Shown here one piece after another: positions 1 to 9,900 of a DNA stretch of 64,000 nt. The position numbers and the translations under genes were made by a program. The notes under the pieces are model-generated. The model did not search any database and was not told where the DNA came from. It was given only the letters and a program-made list of their open reading frames with translations. Source of the stretch: a bacterium (GTDB lineage: Bacteria; UBA8248); the NCBI GenBank assembly GCA_965261085.1, contig OZ253442.1, positions 256,001-320,000 on the forward strand, given 5' to 3'. The first letter of the stretch is position 1, and every line of letters begins with the position of its first letter.

Positions 1-1025
1 GTCGTAACGCCCATATGGTTTACAGTGGCGGAACACCCACTACTATCGGTACAATCGAAAGTGCCCTTCGCTCCATCGAATTTACCCCTATGCTTACCCT
101 CGTCAGTTGTCGTAGTACTGTTGTCCGTGCGGAATGATTCTTCTCGCGTCTCACCTTCACGAGCGGCGGGGATGCCGAGGTCTATCTTACCCTTCATGGC
201 ATCCACCACCTCCATTGTCTGGAAATCTTCTCTGGAGGTGGCTGGATCATCAATCAAGGTTAAAGGATGAACCACGCCGAAAGGCGTGGTTGTCGGGGCC
301 TCGATGTTAGTATACGCACCGATGATCTCCGTATCCTTGCCAATGGTCCTCGTATGCTTGCCATCCATCATCTTGAATTTTTGGTCGGATTTTCCGAGGT
401 TGGCCGGGTCCATTACCTCAATCATAGGACCGTCTTTATACGTGATTTTGAGGTTATACATGGTAGTAACGGCGGTTTCATCGTAAGCCCCGCCACCATC
501 AAACGGCCTGATATCTACGGCGGTTGCCCCACCGGCCTCGGCCATCATAGCCTTAGCTTTCGTCTCGGCCATTTTTGTAGCAGCTTTCCTCATTTCAACT
601 TCACGCATTTTCTCGTCAACCATGTTCTGCGCAGTCCGCACCATGCCAGCGTACTTCACAGCATCATCTCGTGCCGCTTCCGCCATCATCTGATATTTCT
701 TAGCGTCTGCCGTATTATCCGCTGCCTGAGCCATATCGCTGTACATCTTTGCATCTGCCGCCGCATCAACCGCTCGCGTATGAGAAGGCACGTCTGCATC
801 CGTCATGCTGACAACACCACTCACCGCAGCCATAGCAGCCGCATAAGCATCCATTGCAGCTTTTTTGGCGTCCGCAATCGAAGTGTCCGGCATCGTCATG
901 GATGTATCGTCTTTCGATGTATCGTCTTTCATAACTGATCCACCACCGCCTCCACCACATCCAGCAATGCCGAATGCCGCGATTAGAACGAGGGCCATTG
1001 AAAGAGTTTTGAATCTTTGCATCAT
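1..1025 (-). CDS. Met/Ala-rich surface lipoprotein, N-terminal part (continues past left edge); possibly TbpB-like beta-barrel surface lipoprotein
   Basis: Not in the ORF track because it has no stop in the window. Read manually: ATG at 1025 after AAGGAGGA, MMQRFKTLSMALVLIAAFGIAG-CGGGGGGS (lipobox), Ala/Met-rich helical region, then beta-rich region ending ...GKFDGAKGTFDCTDSSGCS; open to position 1. Confidence 0.8.
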   Translation of the reverse strand, partial: MMQRFKTLSMALVLIAAFGIAGCGGGGGGSVMKDDTSKDDTSMTMPDTSIADAKKAAMDAYAAAMAAVSGVVSMTDADVPSHTRAVDAAADAKMYSDMAQAADNTADAKKYQMMAEAARDDAVKYAGMVRTAQNMVDEKMREVEMRKAATKMAETKAKAMMAEAGGATAVDIRPFDGGGAYDETAVTTMYNLKITYKDGPMIEVMDPANLGKSDQKFKMMDGKHTRTIGKDTEIIGAYTNIEAPTTTPFGVVHPLTLIDDPATSREDFQTMEVVDAMKGKIDLGIPAAREGETREESFRTDNSTTTTDEGKHRGKFDGAKGTFDCTDSSGCSATVNHMGVT

Positions 1026-1544
1026 ACTTCCTCCTTGAGAGTTTACTGCGTGAATTTCCGATGTTAACTGCATGTTTGTTTTATAGATAACCTGCCCCTC
1101 CTTGAGCGATTTTACTTCTCTGCATATTGGTTAGCTTCGATTGTCCGCCATGAACAAATCAATGTCAACCTGAAAAAATTTGACTTATCATTCATTGGCA
1201 ATCAACCCTTTAGCCGGGTCGGTTGCCAAACGCATCTCACATAAAGTGGAGTCCCCGCATATTCTCACTCCGGGAAGGAATGATCTTGTATTCAGCAAGC
1301 GGCCCGGTTCTCCAGACCGAGCAACTTTTTTTGGCAAATTAATACTACTAAAAAACTCCTTTGTTGACAACTTGATCTTTCAAAAGCATTCGGAGATAGG
1401 TTCCTCGATATCCAGACTACGCACCACTTTTATTCAGTAACCACTTTCTATGCAATCAACCCTTCGGGCTGAACATTACGCAATTAACTCCTTATATTTA
1501 AGCCGCTTTTGACTCATTCCATTAGCGATAGGTTTAGTATATTT

Positions 1545-1632
1545 GGTGGCCCCGGTGCCAGCTAGGTAAGGTGGGAATCTAGGCCGTAATCCGTACGGGA
1601 GTGAACCCCCCCTAAAAATCCCCGGTGCCACC
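1545..1632. ncRNA. candidate structured small RNA / regulatory element
   Basis: Closing stem GGTGGCCCCGG (1545-1555)/CCGGTGCCACC (1622-1632) encloses hairpins CTAGGT..ATCTAG and CCGTA..TACGG; GC-rich island in AT-rich intergenic DNA; no family recognised. Confidence 0.3.
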
Positions 1633-2229
1633 TTCTTTATTTATACAAAAAGTTCTGGAATTTTGCATAGTTAAGTTTATAATTCCCCAAATTTATAAAA
1701 GAAGTTGTAAAATGAATGGTTGATACATTGTGAAAGAACATCCGGGTCACGAATTGGCAATGTAAAGGCGTTATAAATGAGGCCGAAGAGCGGGACATTT
1801 CGTCGAACCGTCTCGTGTTAGAATGTGCGGCGCTCTAGAGGAAGATACATACCCTCCGGAGGCATTCTGTCCACCAGAGCTGGGTAAAACTCGTTCACCA
1901 GCTTTCTCCCACCTCGGGGGCCGAGGACGATGGTTCTCGACCGTTAACAGAAACGAGGAAACTCTATGAAGCAGGTGTTACGCTCCAGCGGATTGTTTTG
2001 CGTGAATGGAAGCGTGCGACGGGACGGGGTGCGAGGGTGTCGGAATCAGATATCCCGGGAATGATGAGGGGTAGGCGCAGACATGTCGAGCCGTGTATGC
2101 ATGTTGATCAAATCCGGTTACGAAACAATTACACAACCCGGCAGGACGTCATCAGGAGGACAGGGGGAGACGGAAATCCTTGTCAATAAACAGACGCAGG
2201 ACTCCCAAGAGCGTGGAAATTTTCCAGAA

Positions 2230-2691
2230 CTACGAACGTGTCAGTGATGATTGAATGCGATAGAAGTCCTGGACGACACTCGATACGTCGATTCTTTCCG
2301 ACCGCAGAGCACCGTGAGCGATCTGGTTACGAACATTATAATGCTGCATCGCCCGTTTCCAGTACTCCGTGCCCTTTTCGAGGACAAGCGTCAATCGGTC
2401 CTCCAAACTTAGACCTGATAGCCTTCGGTCTTCCGGGTTGTATAGCGACCACGCCCGACGGTAGTTCCAGTCTCCGTGCTCCTGCCCGCGGCGAATTGCC
2501 TGTCGGCATGCCTCCTCGATTTCCGCCTCGAGTTGCCCCCAGGCCAACACGAAGTACGCCTGATCGTTGATTCGCTGCTTTAGCGCGATCCGCTCGTCAC
2601 GCTCGGCGGCCACGCCTGCCACATCCCGTTGGCTTTCCAGAAAATTGTCTATTTGCTCATAGACTGCGGCGATGGCCTCAAGGTCCTTCAC
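2230..2691 (-). CDS. HEPN-domain protein (putative RNase toxin)
   Basis: 153 aa, helical, with upstream Glu motif (WGQLEAEIE) and R-x4-H motif RNQIAHG near the C-terminus. Confidence 0.7.
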   Translation of the reverse strand: MKDLEAIAAVYEQIDNFLESQRDVAGVAAERDERIALKQRINDQAYFVLAWGQLEAEIEEACRQAIRRGQEHGDWNYRRAWSLYNPEDRRLSGLSLEDRLTLVLEKGTEYWKRAMQHYNVRNQIAHGALRSERIDVSSVVQDFYRIQSSLTRS

Positions 2692-3134
2692 GACAGCGCC
2701 TGCTTGAGCCAGCTTTCCGTCAGGTCGACCCGGTCGAGCCGCTGCTCGGCGTTCGCAACCTGCCAGTCCGGCGTTTCAAAACTGCCGGCCACGTCAACGA
2801 TGAGGTAGTGACTGCTCCCAAACTTCATGTCAATCCGGCCATTCGCGCCGATGATCCAAAGTCCGCGCGGTTCGAGTCGCGCACTGTTTCCCGAACCGTT
2901 GACGAGCAGGAGCGTTGGAATCTGCCTTGCCGCCACATTGAACCTGCGCATCATTTCTTCGTGCATGCACACCGTCTCTCCCTCTTGCGCGGTCCAGCCG
3001 TCCGGCAGCCACTCGCCAATTTTGGTGTAGAGGTTCTCCACGCGCTCTTCCCAGTCGTTGACCCGCCGATTGATATGCCGGGCGTCGACTTTTTCGTCGG
3101 TCACGTCATCAAGAACGTTCTTCATCTCACTCAC
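2688..3134 (-). CDS. hypothetical protein, translationally coupled to the HEPN gene
   Basis: 148-aa ORF, GAGAGG RBS, 4-bp overlap with the downstream gene; motif LEPRGLWIIGANGRIDM. Confidence 0.75.
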   Translation of the reverse strand: MSEMKNVLDDVTDEKVDARHINRRVNDWEERVENLYTKIGEWLPDGWTAQEGETVCMHEEMMRRFNVAARQIPTLLLVNGSGNSARLEPRGLWIIGANGRIDMKFGSSHYLIVDVAGSFETPDWQVANAEQRLDRVDLTESWLKQALS

Positions 3135-3704
3135 CTCTCGGGGAAGACAACGGACAACCTGAGATTATCCAGCCAATCCAGGATTCCGTGTGTCACGGAA
3201 GGGCACACCCGCAAGCTTGCAAATTGAGTCTTCACCTCCTGCCACCACATGCTACAATGATCGCAACGACCTGCACAACGCCAAGGGAGTGTCCTTCGCC
3301 AAGACCCACACTCGTTTCCTCCTCCGCTCCCGGGATATGGCCTGGGCGTCAAGCATTGCCATAGCCCTCGACTCAAGAGGGCCGGACTTGGGCGCGAAAT
3401 CAGCCGTAACATCGAAGTTGTGCCGCAAATGCCAGCAATAAACAGCGAAACAGGAGCTTGAATAGTCCAATCGGTCGAGCTCTGCGGACGATAATGCGTG
3501 AACTTGAAACCCGGAGTCGCGCGGCGCAGGCAAACAAGATTACGGGCCCGTGAAAAAATCATTGAAATTCCGGCCCGTTTTTGCCTAGTTTCTAAAATGA
3601 TTATCAAGGCCCGTCATGTTCACGAGATTCCTCCAGCCATTTCCTTTCATTCATCGCTTAAGTACCCTGCCGCAATATCTGACAACAGTTTGCAGTTTTC
3701 AGTA

Positions 3705-4571
3705 TCAGTACGGCATTCTCTGGTCTCTGCGGCGTAGTTGATATTTTTCGTCGTTGGCAAGATCGGCGAATGGCCGAGATGATCTACCCGATATGTAGTT
3801 AATTGTATGCTCAACAGCTAGGGTGATATCCGTCAGAACGTCGTCAACCGACCCGGCCAAATCGGATGGTCGACCATCGTCTTGTTCAAAACGAAAGCAG
3901 ACATCTATTTCGAAATCAGTGTTACAAAGCCTTGGTGGAAGTTCACCTTTTTTTATAGTCTCATCCTGACGGACACGATAATCGTCTGTAAGACCACCTA
4001 GTTTGGGTTCAATCGAAACTAAATGTCTGTGTTTATCCACATTACAAAGGTATGCTAAATGACTAAACTCAAATGGATTGGCGTTGAGATCGTAGGAACC
4101 ATACTCACCTACGTGAGCGACAAACCCCTGGTTCAATAAAATTTTGGCCTTTTCCTGTTCACCGACTCCTTTAAGCGCTTTGTTGTCTATATATTCACGT
4201 CCTTTCTTCACGTATTCAGAACCTTTTTCTGAATAGATTACTTTGTGGATAACTTTGTCTATCTCCCAAACGATGGGGAATGCGTTTTGTTTGGTCGGAT
4301 TTCCACCGTTTTCACAAACGAGTTTATAAACCAAATGATCAAGCGACGATCTGAGATGATAAGCTATCTCTCCTATCAAGATGGACCATTTTATCGAAGG
4401 CGCATCGAATTTATCCGTAAGTTTGGGACTCCAGGACTTCTCTCCAGTTTGCATTACCTGTACTTTGCCACGCTGAGTTTCGGCAAATGCCTGAATGTCG
4501 GCGCGTAGAGCATCTAATGTGCGACGCGCTGCGTCGAGTTTCGCTTGTATGCCTTCATCATTGGTCGTCAT
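3705..4571 (-). CDS. hypothetical protein, possible divergent HEPN-like family
   Basis: 288 aa, lower GC than the nuo region; motifs HLRSSLDHL...FPI...LCNVDKHRHL. Confidence 0.65.
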   Translation of the reverse strand: MTTNDEGIQAKLDAARRTLDALRADIQAFAETQRGKVQVMQTGEKSWSPKLTDKFDAPSIKWSILIGEIAYHLRSSLDHLVYKLVCENGGNPTKQNAFPIVWEIDKVIHKVIYSEKGSEYVKKGREYIDNKALKGVGEQEKAKILLNQGFVAHVGEYGSYDLNANPFEFSHLAYLCNVDKHRHLVSIEPKLGGLTDDYRVRQDETIKKGELPPRLCNTDFEIDVCFRFEQDDGRPSDLAGSVDDVLTDITLAVEHTINYISGRSSRPFADLANDEKYQLRRRDQRMPY

Positions 4572-4833
4572 TGATCACGCCTTCTTCTCTGCAGCTTTAG
4601 ATTGGATAAGCGGGGCATAGCCCAAATCAAGCTGGCACTAGCGTCAACGGACTTTGGCATTTGTATGTAATACCCTTTGAAATTAGGGAATTCCCAGTCA
4701 TTTTGCATATTAATAAAAATGTCCTATGGAATCGTGAAGATTGAGCAAGAAAATCACAGCCACTCTTCAACTAGCTCAGCGTCGGTATGATCACTGTTCA
4801 TCTCCCGCTTTTTTTATTCCCCGTCGATGCCTG

Positions 4834-6078
4834 CTAAGAAGCCCTATCGTGCAGGGCAATCCATTCCTCAGCCTCTTTCTCTGTATATGTCCCGGTATGG
4901 GCCCCCATACCTTCCCACGGCTTGCAACAAGGCGGCTTGTCGACATGCGGCTGTAGCATCATGCGCAACATCTGCACATCCCCACAATAGGATACACCCG
5001 CATCAGGACAATCATTTCTCAAATCGGACAATCCCTTGGCAAGATAATCCACGTATTCTTTACTTAACCCACCACTCAATATAACCTCGGAAAAATCGGT
5101 TTCCTTCCCGATAGCCTCCTTGATGCGCTCTGGATAAGACATTTCAACATCCCATATAGAATTTCCGGTTCCTTGCATATGCACCTTGGCAAAGAGAGTC
5201 CCCTGCATTCCGGTCCTGTAAAAATAAGCCCCTTGCATTTGCGTCTCTGATAGGTGAGCGCATTGCATCCGTGTTCCCAGCAGATAAGCGCCTTGCATCT
5301 GTGTTCTCGCCATCGTAGAACTTTGCAAGCAGGATCTTCTGAGATCAATTCCTTGCATCTGTGCTCCATTGAGATTGGAACCTTGGAGATATGAATCTCC
5401 AAGATAAGTCGCTCGCATATGCGTACCAGCCAGATTGGCCCCTGCAAGGTGTGCTCCCCCTAGATCCGCTCCATTCAGCCAACTCCCCTGCAAGTTGATG
5501 TGAAGAGCTTTGAAGACTTCATGCTCCTGCACGAAAAGCAGAGTCAGCAAACTTTGAATTTCCTCTGAGGGTTTCGACTTGTACTGTTCCCGATACTCGT
5601 CTTCGCCCGTCGTGCGGCGTATATAGGCGCAGAGGATATCCAGAACGGTTTGACGAAGGTCTTTGGTATCTTGCGCCAGATGGAAGAGTTCATAGGCCCC
5701 GCCAAGACGCACGGATTCCGAATCGTGCCCCAGATGCTCGATGGCGTTTCTCAGGCGCTCCTGCCGCAACCCCTTCTCGGTGTTCTGGTTGGCTTTTGCT
5801 TGCTCCGCAGTAGCTCCGGCCTGCGCATTCGCAGCATCCTCCATCGCTTTGGCGCGTTTGTAAGATAGTACGGCCTGGATGGCGAGCAGGATGCCGCCCA
5901 TAGCAACGCCCAGAAAGTTCAGAATTCTGAACTTGTCGGATATTCCAAAGAGCCTGAAGGCCCACACCGGTTTTACAGTGAACATGACGCCAGCAAAAGC
6001 GGACAGCAAGGAAGTAAGCAAAACAATCAGCAAAACTATCAGAACATTTGAGGATTTCAGCCCGTTCAGCATCAGCAT
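4834..6078 (-). CDS. membrane-anchored pentapeptide repeat protein
   Basis: Two N-terminal hydrophobic segments; ERLRNAIEHLG...VRLGGAYEL..LA...ILCAYIR block; A(D/N/Q)(L/M)xG pentapeptide run. Confidence 0.85.
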   Translation of the reverse strand: MLMLNGLKSSNVLIVLLIVLLTSLLSAFAGVMFTVKPVWAFRLFGISDKFRILNFLGVAMGGILLAIQAVLSYKRAKAMEDAANAQAGATAEQAKANQNTEKGLRQERLRNAIEHLGHDSESVRLGGAYELFHLAQDTKDLRQTVLDILCAYIRRTTGEDEYREQYKSKPSEEIQSLLTLLFVQEHEVFKALHINLQGSWLNGADLGGAHLAGANLAGTHMRATYLGDSYLQGSNLNGAQMQGIDLRRSCLQSSTMARTQMQGAYLLGTRMQCAHLSETQMQGAYFYRTGMQGTLFAKVHMQGTGNSIWDVEMSYPERIKEAIGKETDFSEVILSGGLSKEYVDYLAKGLSDLRNDCPDAGVSYCGDVQMLRMMLQPHVDKPPCCKPWEGMGAHTGTYTEKEAEEWIALHDRAS

Positions 6079-6163
6079 CGGTATCTCTTCGTCTCATTTT
6101 CATCCGGTCGGGAAAACACAGTCAAAAACACTCTTTGAGAAAGAGTCAAGCGGTTTCCGCACT

Positions 6164-6349
6164 TCAAGACTTGTCGGTATCCAAGTATGTGCGCCGGAGC
6201 TCAGACAAGACATCGGCCTGCAGGTCGTTGAAACACTTCAAATCCATCATACCGGGCGCGTCTGGATGGGCGAACGTATTCCGGTAATCCCGATGCCTTT
6301 GATTGAAACTCTGACCAACCTTAATGTAATTTCTTCTGCGTCTCAACAA
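6164..6349 (-). pseudogene. fragment of a HEPN-motif gene
   Basis: Short ORF containing RDYRNTFAHP (R-N-x3-H); no convincing N-terminus. Confidence 0.35.
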
Positions 6350-6596
6350 TTAACCTAGAGATACGAACGACGATCCTCGAGTACATCCAAGGCGCTACAG
6401 CCCGAACCGCTACGGCTCTATCTCAGGCACCTTGGTCCCAAAGATTTTAAACGGGCTGTGGCGGTAGCTAGACCGCTGGCGACGGATCAGACGCTATCAT
6501 GGTGCGCGGAGCGGTGGCTGCTGAACCAAGACTGTGGATCGCTGGTGACTGGCCGTGCTCAAGCCGTTGTTAGCCAGGTTTGGGAGGACTCTCCGA

Positions 6597-6775
6597 CAAA
6601 CCCGCGCCGAGATGCGCGGGGGTTTGATTCTCCTCGTTTCCGTTTTGATTACACTCTGCGAAAGGCGAACCCCGAGCGAGATTACGAATATTCAACATAT
6701 TCCAATGAAATCAACGGGATAATGAGATTTCATTACTGTTGAAAATCCCTAACTGTTCTGAAGACGGACGACGCG
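6597..6775 (+). repeat. dispersed ~150-bp element, copy 1
   Basis: Core CGTTTCCGTTTTGATTAC at 6635; IHF-like AATCAACGGGATA 6709-6721; TGAAAA 105 nt after core start. Confidence 0.7.
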
Positions 6776-6980
6776 GTGGATCGGTCCAGATTACGTTCAT
6801 AAAAAAGATGGATAGGTGGCTCCCGGGCAAGATACACAACAGGAGTCTGGCGACCCCTCTTCTGTTACAATACATATTAATGGCTTTAACCAGCAGAAGG
6901 TGTTGAGTTAATTCAAGGCATTAAACTAGGGAATTCCGATTCTTCATGTATACATTTGAAGATTAACCCGAAGAGAGAAT

Positions 6981-9900
6981 ATGACTCAAGTTGGTGGCCC
7001 AGCCGCGATCAATGGCTTTCTCTATCAGATAATTCACCATATTAGCTGGCTGTCCAACGTTACCTTGAAGGGTAAATTGGACGGTCAGGTAGTTGATGAC
7101 GCATGTTTGGTGCTGGAGCCTCGCAGTGGCGGCGATGCCCGTGCGGAGGCATCAGGCATTTATATTGTAGAGCAATACAAGACCCGTGCAGACGGCACGT
7201 GGTCTCTCTCCGACATGGAAGCTGTCCTGTGCGACCTCCAAAAGGCAATACCGCCATCGTTTCCGGCGAATGCCCGTTACCGTTTCGTAACTGACGGCCG
7301 ATCCGGCAGATTAGATACCTTCAAGGCGTTCCTTGCCGATGTGAAGGCGGCTGACGGTCCGGATGACCTTGATAATGACGAAAAGAAAAATTTTAGCACT
7401 GACATTGTTGCGACCAACCGCGAGTTTTTCGACCGCATCAACAACGCAACAAGGCACGGTATTCCCCAATCGACCGCCGAGGAGCGCGTTGCCACCTTCC
7501 ATCTATTGTCACGTTTTGAAATGGAATTTTCCGTCAGTGGCAACACCCATGCGGCAGCAATTGAGAGGCTCTTGCGGTGTTACGCGCCCGATCTCGGGGA
7601 TGAACGTGGGATTCGGGAGCGTCTGGTCGGCGTACTGTTTGAAAAGCTGGGCAAGGGTGAAACACGGCTCGATGCTTCTGCCATAGATGCCATATTCCGG
7701 GTTGTCGGCCTCAACCCGGACCGGCTGCATAGGTTGGCGATTTTGCCTGAGACCATGAGTGAATTGACTTGCCGCCGTCTTGCCGGACTTAAGTACCAGC
7801 TCGATCGAGACGTACGAGGTGCTCCCGAATGGCCGGCGGGAAAACCTGTATTGCTCATTGCGGGAGAAAGTGGCGTTGGCAAGACTTGGCAGTTGGGACG
7901 ATTGCTGGAAGCGCTGGGAAAGCAGCGTAATTTCGTCACCTTGGTGCGTACAGCCCAAACTCGTGAAGACTTGCTGACCCAAGCTTCACGAGATTTTTGG
8001 CAACTAGGCCTCGGCGAAACATCCGAAAAGTCGCTCCTTGCCGTGTCGCTTTTTCTCCGTGAGCTGCAGCCACATCAGTCGACACCTGGGCTGGTCGTCG
8101 CACTCGACGACGTTCAGGACATCGATCTCGCCAGGGATCTTGTCCGCCAGGATTGGGCTGACCGGGGCATTCGCCTGGTATTGACCGTTCCGACCACAGT
8201 GGCACAGGCGCTTGCTGTAACCGACAGCGATGTAGTTTGCGAATATATTGTTGGTGATTTTTCGATCCAAGAACTTGATTCACTCTTGAAAAGGACCGGT
8301 CGGCGATGGGCCAATCTTCCGTCAGATCTGAAGATGCTTCTGCGCAGGCCTATTCTTGCCGGTCTCTTCCTTGAACTCCCATATAGTTCAGTGCAGAGCG
8401 CTCCGCGCAGCGAATATGAGATATTCGATCGGTTTTGGCAGAGGATCTCAGCCAAGGGCAGGCACGGAGACGAAGGAGTCGTGACGGCCCTCGCCGCTCA
8501 TGTTCTCGCAGGGAAGCCCTATCCTCTTTTGCGGCCGGAGTGGTCCGAGATTGGCCTAACCGAGGATGAAACCGTTGTGCGACTCGAAGCCACTGGCTGG
8601 TTTCGAAGCACGAAGAGTGGCGAGGTAGTGTTCGCGCATGACCGTCTCCTAAATTGGGCGGTTGCAAAGTCGTTGGTACAACAATTCGACCGCGGGGAAC
8701 TGTCGGTCGACGATCTCGGGGAGATTCTCGCGGACCAACGCGGAAATCAAGCTCAACGCGCACGGAGCCGGCTCGACTATGTTCCCATGGATGTGCTGTG
8801 GTTGCTTGCGGAAGACGAACAGAACTCCCGGATGCTCAGCCGGCTTATCGCGCGAATGGAGGACAGAAGCGAATACGGGAGCTACGGTGAGACGCTGTAT
8901 GTTCATCTCCTGCCAACTCTCGGTCAGCGCGTGGTGCCGATTCTCTTAGAGCGACTGGATGAAATCACCATGGGCTCGGACGGAGACTACCGGCTCGGGT
9001 TCATCGGTAAGGCTTTTACCTCCCTCGTGCAGCAGGAAAATTGCGAGTTGAAGGAAGCCATCGATTCTCTGTTGAGCGATTCTTCCCATGACTTGCAGAA
9101 TGTCGCTTTAAAAATGCTTACGGCAGTGCCCAGTACAGAACATCTTGACCGTGTTTGGGAACTCCACCAGCAGCGTCTTTACGAATTGGAAGAGAAAAAA
9201 GATGTCTCAAGGCATAGCGACTATCAAACCAGTTTTGCAGCTCTACTCGCCGGAATTGCGCTGGCCCCCCGTTGGCTCAAAGATCGTATCCTTGCGGCCG
9301 ACGCGAAAAAGGAAAGTGTATCCGAATTCGGATTCTTGCTGAATGCACTGGAACACCCAGATGCACCTTCTATTTGGAAGGAGGCAGGGCATGCATTGAT
9401 GACCAAAGTTTCAGTCAACAAGCCGCGTTGCTTGCTGTATTGCATCGCGCGCTTTGCAGATAGAGATAATCTGGATTTTGTGAACCGCCACCTGTCAAGC
9501 TCCGAAGATTTCGCTAGCAGCGCAGCTCTCACAGCCCTATCGATCCTTGACCCTACAGCAGCCATCGACCGGCCCGTCGAGGTTGGGGATGCAGATCTTT
9601 ATTTTTTTCGCAATCATTGGCTTCCGATTCTGCTGCGCGCCCAACCGGAACTGACCCGCCGACGTATTCTTGAGCTCGCCGAAACGGATCCCCCAAAACT
9701 CCGATTAATAGTGGACCTTTTCTGGGAGCGGCCAGACGAGGTGGACTGTACTATGCTTCGTTTTATATTGCGCACATTGGAAAATGACTTTCGTACGCAT
9801 CCTCAAGGAGCACTTAGAGGAGATCAACTCTGGCTCTACCATCCGCTGGACTTCCTTGGGCGCATTACCCGCCTGGAGCTATTGACCATTCTCGAAGCCG

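Noticed and set aside
25-960. Short ORFs at the left edge
   Set aside because: They overlap the real minus-strand lipoprotein gene that runs off the window.
1545-1632. tRNA or tmRNA call (minus strand ends GCCACCA)
   Set aside because: No TTCRA T-loop or D-loop consensus; kept only as a candidate structured RNA.
3135-3607. Overlapping short minus-strand ORFs upstream of the HEPN pair
   Set aside because: May be a decayed gene, but no motif supports a call.
6458-6742. 94-aa ORF as a real small protein (RFRFDY family)
   Set aside because: The other four copies have in-frame stops and no shared start; treated as a repeat element.
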